A stretch of DNA of 64,000 bases. Source: a virus. Below the pieces are notes generated by a model, which saw only the letters and a list, made by a program, of their open reading frames with translations, did not search any database and had not been told where the DNA came from. Positions 46,518 to 54,447 of the stretch are shown here, in pieces (positions within the stretch are counted from its first letter, which is position 1; the number at the start of each line of letters is the position of its first letter). The stretch spans positions 10,267 through 74,266 of the IMG/VR virus record IMGVR_UViG_3300020462_000003, one strand, 5' to 3'. Made by a program: the position numbers and the translations under genes.

Positions 46518-46907
46518 ATGACTGTTTGGATTCTCTCTGACAAAGAGCAGGACGAGATTGCTCGTATCTATTCTTTGAAGTTCCACACCATGTATGACCT
46601 GGCCAATAAGTACCAAGTCTCGATTGGAACCATAAGCAAAGTGCTGCGTGAAAAAGGCATCACTGGCAAGGCTCCAGCCATTACTGTTGAGCAAGCCAAC
46701 TTGTTGCAAGTTGCAGATAAGTACTTGATCAACGCCCCCAAGCTGGAAGAGCTTGTTCACATGCCTTCTCTCACTTACCCCAATGTCCAGCGTTACCTGG
46801 AAGGACTGGAACAGGACAGATTGATAACTCTGTTCTCCCGTACTTCCATTGGTAACTGGCTACTCTCCCTACAACCCAAGGAAGAACAACATGTTGAAAG
46901 CAATTGA
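46518..46907 (+). CDS. HTH DNA-binding protein
   Basis: TMYDLANKYQVSIGTISKVL HTH-like segment. Confidence 0.6.
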   Translation: MTVWILSDKEQDEIARIYSLKFHTMYDLANKYQVSIGTISKVLREKGITGKAPAITVEQANLLQVADKYLINAPKLEELVHMPSLTYPNVQRYLEGLEQDRLITLFSRTSIGNWLLSLQPKEEQHVESN

Positions 46908-47085
46908 AGGACGCAAGACCACCCCAGAACACATGAGTCTGTATCCCACTATGGACTCCGTGACTGATGCAATTACCTACATCGAGTCACAAGTTCCAGT
47001 TACCGATCGCAACAAGATGTTCAGTCTGCTGATGATGTACAACAACACATTGTTGGCAGAACTCAATCGCAGTAAAGCAGCGTAA
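46891..47085 (+). CDS. conserved N4-like hypothetical protein
   Basis: SD aagga; LYPTMDS...LLMMYNNTLL. Confidence 0.6.
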   Translation: MLKAIEGRKTTPEHMSLYPTMDSVTDAITYIESQVPVTDRNKMFSLLMMYNNTLLAELNRSKAA

Positions 47086-47096
47086 CAGGGAAGGTT

Positions 47097-47588
47097 ATGG
47101 AAACTAATCCAATCGATTCAATGCTTCCCATCATTGTTGAAGCAGTTCAATCCTGGCGTGGCAAGAACATGGCCAGCTCTTTGACCCAGCAAGTCCATTC
47201 CACACTGGATAAAGAAGCCAAGCAGATTGTTCTAAAACTGTTGGGCTTCGACACGAACTACTCCAGCTACATGTTGGACCACTGTAATGGCCGTTCGGGT
47301 AACTCCACTGCTGGTGATTACATTGCCGGGGTACAAAAAGAAGCTGTTCGTAACTGGTTGGCCTCTGTACCCATGCCTGAACTAACCGATGAGGAACGAA
47401 CAACCCTCAGTGCGTCCATGCGCCAGGAATACATTTCCAAGTTCCGTCGTGAAGTTCTGCAACAAGCCAATAACAAAGCAATCGCTGATGCAAAAGAACT
47501 GGTCAACAAAATCAGCGAATCACTCACCATCGACAGCTACGTCAAGCTGCGCGATCTCATTTCAAGCAAGGAAGAATCCAATGAGTAA
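47097..47588 (+). CDS. hypothetical protein
   Basis: 163-aa ORF in operon context. Confidence 0.7.
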   Translation: METNPIDSMLPIIVEAVQSWRGKNMASSLTQQVHSTLDKEAKQIVLKLLGFDTNYSSYMLDHCNGRSGNSTAGDYIAGVQKEAVRNWLASVPMPELTDEERTTLSASMRQEYISKFRREVLQQANNKAIADAKELVNKISESLTIDSYVKLRDLISSKEESNE

Positions 47589-47679
47589 TCAACACGCACT
47601 TAAAGCCATCAGCCGCATCCTCGATATCTTCCTCAGCTCCGAAGCGCAGATCCGTCCGCACTTCCCACTGATCCAGTAA
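47581..47679 (+). CDS. 32-aa hypothetical protein
   Basis: SD aagga; MSNQHALKAISRIL... Confidence 0.45.
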   Translation: MSNQHALKAISRILDIFLSSEAQIRPHFPLIQ

Positions 47680-47726
47680 GGAATCCCCATGAAATCTCTA
47701 CCAGGCCGGTATAACAGAGGGTCGTC

Positions 47727-47948
47727 ATGAGTGAATACCTCATCACACTCATCCTCGCAGGCTGCTTGATCGCCGCTGCAGTGATCTTCTCAGACCAGAC
47801 AGTAAATCCTGCCCACATTGCCTGGGCGGAGAATTCCTGCAGCTTGAACAGCGGGATACATGAACTCTCGGCAGACAGGGAACAACTCAGCGTTCGTTGC
47901 ATGAATGGTGCTGTGTTCATTGCTGCAAAAAGTGGGGTCAAGCCATGA
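47727..47948 (+). CDS. small exported/membrane protein
   Basis: Hydrophobic N-terminus; C...G...VRC.NG pattern. Confidence 0.6.
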   Translation: MSEYLITLILAGCLIAAAVIFSDQTVNPAHIAWAENSCSLNSGIHELSADREQLSVRCMNGAVFIAAKSGVKP

Positions 47949-48172
47949 GTATCACCGTCTTGGTGGTTTACCTCTGCACATCTGCTGCCATGGACAACTG
48001 TTCCGTCTGGCAAGAAGGCAGCTGGACCGGTGCAGCAGCACCCATCTACTGCACCGTCGAGCGTGATCTGGCTGAAGCCAGCGTCCTGCCCAATCAATTC
48101 ATTCGTTACGAATGTGAAACCGTCGAGACCGAACAGGTCGCGCGCACCCAACACAAAGGAATAAACCAATGA
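47945..48172 (+). CDS. small Cys-containing protein
   Basis: ATGA overlaps on both sides; MSITVLVVYLC... Confidence 0.6.
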   Translation: MSITVLVVYLCTSAAMDNCSVWQEGSWTGAAAPIYCTVERDLAEASVLPNQFIRYECETVETEQVARTQHKGINQ

Positions 48173-48501
48173 AGGTAAAACTCAGCCAAGCACACGACAT
48201 GATCGTGCAGTGCATCAAGGTCGGCCTGGTCCCGATCGTCAAGGGCAGCCCTGCCGTGGGCAAGTCCTCCATCGTTCACCAGATCGCCAAGGAATACGGT
48301 CTCAAGGTCATCGACCTGCGCCTTGCTCAGTGCGACCCAACCGATCTGCTGGGCTTCCCCAACACTGCCAATGGCCGGGGCCGCTATGTACCCATGGAAA
48401 CCTTCCCCATCGAAGGAGATGAGCTTCCGAAGGGCTACGAAGGCTGGCTGTTGTTCATGGATGAGTTCACCAGTGCTCCGCGTGGCGTGCAGGCTGCTGC
48501 T
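48169..48501 (+). CDS. MoxR-like AAA+ ATPase (N4 gp24-like), exon 1
   Basis: GSPAVGKS Walker A; LFMDE Walker B; ends ...VQAAA at the intron. Confidence 0.9.
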
Positions 48502-49384
48502 TAATTTATAGGCATTCACAGAAGAGACTCTGTGTCTAAAGCTACTTAAAACGGGAAACTCTGACTAGCTTATATCTGCTTGCACTTAGTTGTGCTTGTT
48601 TGTAAGCTAAAGACAATCCGTTGCTAAGTAGGAATTGAAATGACTGAAATCTGGAAAGACATTCTTGGATATGAAGAGACTTACGAAGTTTCCAACTTCG
48701 GAGGAATCCGTTCCAAGAGCCGAGTAGTCCCTTGTAAAGGGGGAACTCGTACCGTCAAAGGCCAAATCAGAAAAACCTTTCTGAACAGAAAGGGATATCC
48801 AATTACCACGTTGTGTCAAAACAACAAACTGATGACATTTACTGTTCACCAGTTGGTAGCTCAAGCCTTTATTCCCGGCTTCATCAAAGGAACGGAAATT
48901 AACCATAAGGATGGAAATCCTGGTAACCCTTCCGTAACTAATTTGGAAGTATCCAACCCATCTCATAATCAGCTACATGCTGTGAGGATGGGTCTGGTCC
49001 CTAAACAAGGGATATCCAAATACCGGAACGTGACTTATGTGAGTAACCCTCGGGCGAAATATAAGTGGGCGGGATCGGTACGACATGCAGGCAAATCCGT
49101 CTTTGGATGGAAAACCTTCATGACTGAGGAAGAAGCAGCGCGCCATGTTGACTGGTTGCTTGATTCCATTGGAGACACTGACCGGATTCGGAACTTCCCT
49201 TCAATTCCTTAAATGCCCAACGACTAGTCCGCTATAGGACGTAGGCCCAAGTGGGTCGAAATGGTAGCCCCCCAAACAGGTCAAGCTGTGGGGGTTGATA
49301 TAGTCTGCTCTGCATAGAAATATGCAGCAGTGATGCCTCAGGAACATCACGGGTAAGGCGTAACGCCCCTTACTGAACACAAGG
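48502..49384 (+). mobile_element. group I self-splicing intron (IA2-like) carrying an HNH endonuclease
   Basis: U-G splice site in P1; 9-bp P10; P3 gctac/gtagc; P7 gacta/tagtc; P7.1/P7.2; P9 GAAA loop; terminal G; splicing restores the reading frame. Confidence 0.93.
48640..49212 (+). CDS. intron-encoded HNH homing endonuclease (NUMOD4 + HNH + AP2-like)
   Basis: EIWKDILGYE..YEVSNFG; VHQLVA..INHKDGN..NLE..HN; SKYRNV..W..EEEAA. Confidence 0.9.
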   Translation: MTEIWKDILGYEETYEVSNFGGIRSKSRVVPCKGGTRTVKGQIRKTFLNRKGYPITTLCQNNKLMTFTVHQLVAQAFIPGFIKGTEINHKDGNPGNPSVTNLEVSNPSHNQLHAVRMGLVPKQGISKYRNVTYVSNPRAKYKWAGSVRHAGKSVFGWKTFMTEEEAARHVDWLLDSIGDTDRIRNFPSIP

Positions 49385-50065
49385 TATAAATTAGTCCTGG
49401 ATCGCATGGTCGGTACTCACACCCTGCACAAGAAAGTCGCCATCGTCTGTGCAGGCAACCTGGAGACAGACGGAGCCATCGTCGAAGAGATGAGCACGGC
49501 TCTGGAATCTCGCTTGGTTCACATGGAAGTCACGGTGGACCACAAGGACTGGTGTGAAGGATGGGCCATGCAGAACGGCATCGACCACCGCATCACCAGC
49601 TTCATCAAATTCAAACCAGGGATGCTGTACACCTTCAGCCCTGATCACACCGACTGCACCTACGCCAGCCCCCGAACCTGGGAGTTCGCCAACCGCCTGG
49701 TCAAGGGCAAAGAGATCGGTATCGACGACATTCCTCTGTTGGCTGGAACCATCTCCGAAGGCGTGGCACGCGAGTTTCGAACCTTCACCCAGATCTACAG
49801 CAACCTGCCCACCCTGACCCAGATGATGGAACAGGCCACCACGCTGCCGGTGCCTCAGGAACCCAGCATCCTGTTTGCACTGACCGGTTCGATTGCGCAC
49901 AACGCCAACGATGAGAACGCAGGTCCGCTGATGGACTTCGTGTCCCGTCTGCCGATCGAGTTTCAGGTGGTCACCCTGCGTGAAATGGTACGTCGTAGCC
50001 CTGCCCTGATGAACCACAAGTCCGTCCAGGCGTGGATCACCAAGAACGCGAAGGAGCTGTTCTGA
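49385..50065 (+). CDS. MoxR-like AAA+ ATPase, exon 2
   Basis: YKLVLDRMVG...CAGN...MSTALESR...ASPRTW; spliced product 337 aa. Confidence 0.9.
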   Translation, partial: YKLVLDRMVGTHTLHKKVAIVCAGNLETDGAIVEEMSTALESRLVHMEVTVDHKDWCEGWAMQNGIDHRITSFIKFKPGMLYTFSPDHTDCTYASPRTWEFANRLVKGKEIGIDDIPLLAGTISEGVAREFRTFTQIYSNLPTLTQMMEQATTLPVPQEPSILFALTGSIAHNANDENAGPLMDFVSRLPIEFQVVTLREMVRRSPALMNHKSVQAWITKNAKELF

Positions 50066-50066
50066 C

Positions 50067-50561
50067 ATGGGCGACCGCACCTACGTGTACCTCTATGTGC
50101 CTGCCGAGTTGTTCGAGCAGGCCAAAGAGATCGCCATCAAGTACGACGGTCAACCTGAAGAGGAAAACACTGACGATGATCAGCTTCACTACCTTGGCTT
50201 CGAGGAAGTGAATTACGGGGAGCTGAATTGCATCCGGGAGCTGCAATTAGCAGGCATACCCTATGACATGGACTGGGCTGATGGAGCCAACTACGAAGAG
50301 GGGGTACAGCACTGCCGCTTCACCGAAACAGGGGAACTCTCTCTCAAGGTCGTAATGGGGAGCGATCACAGCATCGATCCCTCCGTACTGGAAGAGGTCA
50401 TCAAAAAGCATAACACCCTCGATGCCGTGAAGGATTTTCTGAAGAAACATAACGAAGTTGTCAATCCACTCCCTTGGGACAACCAAGTCGAGTATGGAAA
50501 GATATACCGCACCAAACAACTAATTGCGGGCAATACAGAACAGTTGACCCTCAACACATAA
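50067..50561 (+). CDS. hypothetical protein (acidic)
   Basis: MGDRT..EEVNYG; SD aaggag. Confidence 0.7.
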   Translation: MGDRTYVYLYVPAELFEQAKEIAIKYDGQPEEENTDDDQLHYLGFEEVNYGELNCIRELQLAGIPYDMDWADGANYEEGVQHCRFTETGELSLKVVMGSDHSIDPSVLEEVIKKHNTLDAVKDFLKKHNEVVNPLPWDNQVEYGKIYRTKQLIAGNTEQLTLNT

Positions 50562-50648
50562 CGACTATTCCGCTAAATACTTAGACGGAACAGCGCTGCC
50601 AAAGTGCAACACACTTAACTCAATCCAAGTAGTAGACAGGTAGTATAA

Positions 50649-50825
50649 ATGCTCGTATTAACCCGCAAGGCAGGTCAGGCAATTCACATCGGCGACAACA
50701 TTGTTGTTCGTATTCTGGGTTATCAGAACGGTCACTTCCGCGTGGGCATTGAAGCCCCCAAGGACATTGATATTCAACGGGACGATATGAAGAATCCAAA
50801 AAAGCCGGAAGTTGTCAGTGAATAG
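50649..50825 (+). CDS. csrA: CsrA/RsmA-family translational regulator
   Basis: Own translation MLVLTRKAGQAIHIGDNIVVRILGYQNGHFRVGIEAPKDIDIQRDDMKNPKKPEVVSE; Arg44 conserved. Confidence 0.9.
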   Translation: MLVLTRKAGQAIHIGDNIVVRILGYQNGHFRVGIEAPKDIDIQRDDMKNPKKPEVVSE

Positions 50826-50976
50826 TTCAGGTACACGGAAACCCAGAATACTTCGCAAGAAGTCTTTTGAAGTAACCCTGAACAGCACCTGCGATATCTG
50901 TGGTCAGCACCGTGGCGGGAGTTCTCCTGTCAGTCACATCAAGTGTTCCAAGATTCGTCAGAATCGTCCGAAGTAA
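50818..50976 (+). CDS. small basic zinc-finger-like protein
   Basis: Own translation ...TCDICGQHRGGSSPVSHIKCSKIRQ; GTG start overlapping csrA. Confidence 0.55.
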   Translation: MNSSGTRKPRILRKKSFEVTLNSTCDICGQHRGGSSPVSHIKCSKIRQNRPK

Positions 50977-51077
50977 CTAATACACAGTTCAATAGTTCAA
51001 CTTGCGGGATAGTTATATCTGCAAGTTGAACTTCTGTTGTCCAGTTAGTTGTAACTCTCTATCAAAGGAAGTTCGTC

Positions 51078-52184
51078 ATGTCATTGCAAGATGCCAACAA
51101 GGCTCTCGATAAAGCCAAGATCGGTCTTATGAGTAAGCCTGATAGTGCTTTCTTTACCACCCTCTGTCTTTCGTTTCGTCATCTGTTTGACGAGACCATT
51201 CCAACTGCGTGTGTGTCCGATACCGAGATCCGGATCAACCCGCAGTTCTTCCTTTCGCTCTCCGATCAAGAGCGGATATTCGTCCTGGTGCATGAGTGCA
51301 TGCACCCTGCCCTGATGCACACCGTGCGTCGAGGGGATCGTGATCCCGTGAAGTGGAACATCGCTGGCGATCACGTCATCAACCTGATGCTGCTGGATCG
51401 TGGCTTCAAGATGCCTGATTGGGTACTCAAGGACCGTCAGTACCAGGGGATGAGTACCCTGCAGGTATACGACCTGTTGCCGGATGATCCCCAAGCACCC
51501 CGCATGCAGGACTTGTCGCCCAGCTCTCAGTCTCCCGAGGAGCAACAACAAACCGAGCAAAACATCACCGATATCGTCATGCGTGCTGCTACGCAGTCGG
51601 CGATGAGTGGAGATACACCAGGCACCATTCCAGGTGATATCCAGATCTTCCTGGATGAATACCTCAACCCCATACTTCCATGGGACAAGTTACTACGGAA
51701 GTTCTTCAATCAGTTCGCCAAGACGGACTACACCTGGAAGCGTCCTAATCGCCGTTTCATGCCTGAGCATATTCTCCCAACACTTTACGGCATCACCCTC
51801 GGTGAAATAGCCGTTGCCGTTGATACGTCTGGTTCCGTCAGTGACGCAGACTTCCATCGCTTCATCAGTGAAGTAAATGGAATCATGAAGAAGTTGAAAC
51901 CCTCACAAATAACCCTGTTGCAGTTTGATACCCGCATCCATAAAAAGGATGTACTCAAAAGTGTATCTGACTTAAATCAGGTCACGTTCCACGGACGTGG
52001 GGGTACGAATGTTTCAGAAGTAATCCAGTGGGCCAGAGACAACAAGCCAGTTGCACTCTTGTTATTCAGCGACGGTGAATTCAGGCATGTAACGCCTGCA
52101 CCGAAGTGTCCGGTATTGTGGGTTATCCACAACAACAAAAAGTTTACTGCCCCCTACGGGAAAGTTATCCACTACAACATCTGA
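51078..52184 (+). CDS. metallopeptidase-like + vWA domain protein (N4 gp25-like)
   Basis: HECMH, WNIAGD..IN, DTSGS MIDAS, GRGGT, FSDG. Confidence 0.88.
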   Translation: MSLQDANKALDKAKIGLMSKPDSAFFTTLCLSFRHLFDETIPTACVSDTEIRINPQFFLSLSDQERIFVLVHECMHPALMHTVRRGDRDPVKWNIAGDHVINLMLLDRGFKMPDWVLKDRQYQGMSTLQVYDLLPDDPQAPRMQDLSPSSQSPEEQQQTEQNITDIVMRAATQSAMSGDTPGTIPGDIQIFLDEYLNPILPWDKLLRKFFNQFAKTDYTWKRPNRRFMPEHILPTLYGITLGEIAVAVDTSGSVSDADFHRFISEVNGIMKKLKPSQITLLQFDTRIHKKDVLKSVSDLNQVTFHGRGGTNVSEVIQWARDNKPVALLLFSDGEFRHVTPAPKCPVLWVIHNNKKFTAPYGKVIHYNI

Positions 52185-52192
52185 GGTGAATC

Positions 52193-52519
52193 ATGGAAGT
52201 TGCTGAAGCACTTAAACAAGTTAAAGCAGCAGGTAAGCGCAACAGCAACTACCTGGTTATCAACCTAAGTTATAACCACCAAATCCTGCTGCCCTACAAC
52301 GAAGGGATGTTATTCGTATCTAGCCTAGAAAAGGCAGAGACTCTTGAAGTCCCTTATTCAAGACCGCCAGTAGTTAAAGGTTTTGAAATGTCATCCATAG
52401 AGTTCCGAGTTATATCGGAGCACGAGTACCACCGACACAAAGTTGCTCAACTGATGGGGGTTTCTCTCGACAGTGTTAATTCACTGGAACCCATACAATC
52501 ACCCAAGGAAGAAGCATGA
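52193..52519 (+). CDS. hypothetical protein
   Basis: SD gaggtga; coupled to the helicase gene. Confidence 0.65.
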   Translation: MEVAEALKQVKAAGKRNSNYLVINLSYNHQILLPYNEGMLFVSSLEKAETLEVPYSRPPVVKGFEMSSIEFRVISEHEYHRHKVAQLMGVSLDSVNSLEPIQSPKEEA

Positions 52520-53763
52520 ACGCACTTACCCTGTCACCCGATCAACAAGCAGGCTATGAGGCCTTCTCCAGTTTTCTGTTGGACCTACATAAGTCTGTGT
52601 TCGTCCTGGCAGGGCATAGTGGCACGGGTAAGAGCACCCTGGTTCGCACCCTGCTGGAGCAGATTGACAACCTCTTCAAGATGGCCCGTCTGATCAACCC
52701 CAACTACCCCGTCTTCGACGTGAAACTCACGGCCACTACCAACAAGGCCTGTGAGGCGCTTCGCCACATCACGGCACGGGAAGTCACCACGATCCAGTCA
52801 GCCTTAGGACTGCGTGTACAGACGGACTACAGCACCAATACCACTCGACTGGTGGTTCGCCAGGGTGCTGATATCGTTCAGAACACCGTGCTGTTTATCG
52901 ATGAAGCCAGCTTCATTGATCGGGATCTGTTACTCACCATTTTCAAGCGTACCGAACGCTGCAAGATCATCTTCATTGGTGACCCTGCTCAGCTGACACC
53001 TGTGAAGAGCGATATCACACCTGTGTTCGAAGCGGGATACGAAGGGGTGCATCTGTCCAAGGTGGTTCGCCAGGCCGAAGGCAACCCGATCATCGAGTTG
53101 TCTACCAAGTTCCGCGAGACGGTCACCTCAGGGGAGTTCTTCAGCTTCCAGCCGGACGGTCACTTCATCCAGCACATGGATCGGGCAGCGTTCGATCAGG
53201 CGATCCTGGCTGAGTTCGGACGCCCTGACTGGCACTACCACGACTCCAAGGTTCTGGGTTGGACTAACAAGTGCGTGGTGGCTTACAACCGGGGCATCCG
53301 GGACTTCATTCAAGGAGATCCGGACTTCCAGATCGGTGACTACGCCGTGTGTAACCACTTCGTTGGGACCAAGGGTTACAGCATCAAAACCGATCAGTTG
53401 GTGCAAATCACCAGTATCAGTGAACCCTCGTTCGAGCTGGGCTTACCAGGCAAGTACTTCCAGGTGGACGGCAACGTCACCAAGTTCATGCCCGACTCAC
53501 TCACTGACAAGAAGGCTCTGGTACGTCAGGCCCAGAACGAAGGCAACGCCATGGCGCTGTACGAGATGGATACCAACTGGATCGATCTGCGTGCAGCCTT
53601 CGCATGCACCATCAATAAAGCCCAAGGCAGCACCTTCCGCAAAGTCTTCATCGACCTCGACGACATTAGAAAATGCACCCTGGGTAGCCAGATTGCACGC
53701 CTGATGTACGTGGGTGTAAGCCGTGCCAGCGAGCAGGTGATCTTCACGGGAGACCTTGTATGA
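52516..53763 (+). CDS. SF1 (Dda/RecD-like) DNA helicase
   Basis: GHSGTGKS, IDEAS, GDPAQL, VVRQ, TINKAQGST, YVGVSRA. Confidence 0.92.
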   Translation: MNALTLSPDQQAGYEAFSSFLLDLHKSVFVLAGHSGTGKSTLVRTLLEQIDNLFKMARLINPNYPVFDVKLTATTNKACEALRHITAREVTTIQSALGLRVQTDYSTNTTRLVVRQGADIVQNTVLFIDEASFIDRDLLLTIFKRTERCKIIFIGDPAQLTPVKSDITPVFEAGYEGVHLSKVVRQAEGNPIIELSTKFRETVTSGEFFSFQPDGHFIQHMDRAAFDQAILAEFGRPDWHYHDSKVLGWTNKCVVAYNRGIRDFIQGDPDFQIGDYAVCNHFVGTKGYSIKTDQLVQITSISEPSFELGLPGKYFQVDGNVTKFMPDSLTDKKALVRQAQNEGNAMALYEMDTNWIDLRAAFACTINKAQGSTFRKVFIDLDDIRKCTLGSQIARLMYVGVSRASEQVIFTGDLV

Positions 53764-53921
53764 GTGGTGCCTTGTACCAGCTTCAAACAACTGCACTTCC
53801 GGGCGAGGTGATGCGTATCAACGGACCTTGGGACACATGGGGCCGCGTGATAAAGCTGCAATCGTCTGGATTCCACTTGATCAGGGGGCTGGGCCACCAG
53901 AAACCAAGGGACGCAAAGTAA
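53760..53921 (+). CDS. 53-aa hypothetical protein
   Basis: Own translation MSGALYQLQTT...; ATGA overlap upstream and TAATG overlap downstream. Confidence 0.55.
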   Translation: MSGALYQLQTTALPGEVMRINGPWDTWGRVIKLQSSGFHLIRGLGHQKPRDAK

Positions 53922-54439
53922 TGGATGAAATCCTGCATGATCCTCGGACCAAGCAGCAGCTCAAGGATGCGATTTACAACCACCTCTACGAGCCGGTGCG
54001 ACGGTCCTACAACATCAAGCTGCGTCAGATCGTACGGGATAACTCCCGAATGCTGCACAGCCCCCACGAATCGTTTACCTACCGTGGCCAGATCTACGCG
54101 ATCGACGCCAAGGCAACGATGCCCCGCAAGATGAACCGGCTGGTTCCAAGCCTGCAGCCCCAGATGGAAGCCTACCTGGCTGAAGTTAAACGGCTGAACG
54201 ACACCGAAGTCCCGTTCGTCATGGGCTTCGTCAACCAGGTGCTGAACGCCTCGAATACCTTCGAGGATTACCTGCGCCTGTTGCCGGAGTCGATCCACGG
54301 ACCCATCCGAGCCATGCAGGCAAGCTGCCCTTGTCGAACGGTCAAACTGACCGAAGAAGACATTCAGGCAATCAGGGAAAAGAACCAGCTTTCGATTGAC
54401 CTGATGAAACAGCGGCAGGTGCTGAACCTGCTGCTGTAG
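53921..54439 (+). CDS. conserved protein between helicase and polymerase (N4 gp38-like)
   Basis: MDEILHDPRTKQ...FTYRG; synteny. Confidence 0.65.
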   Translation: MDEILHDPRTKQQLKDAIYNHLYEPVRRSYNIKLRQIVRDNSRMLHSPHESFTYRGQIYAIDAKATMPRKMNRLVPSLQPQMEAYLAEVKRLNDTEVPFVMGFVNQVLNASNTFEDYLRLLPESIHGPIRAMQASCPCRTVKLTEEDIQAIREKNQLSIDLMKQRQVLNLLL

Positions 54440-54447
54440 GAGACGCT

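Noticed and set aside
48169-50065. AAA ATPase as a pseudogene disrupted by a free-standing HNH gene, or as an intein
   Set aside because: The insert begins with an in-frame stop, so it is not an intein, and it has a complete group I intron core with frame-restoring splice sites.
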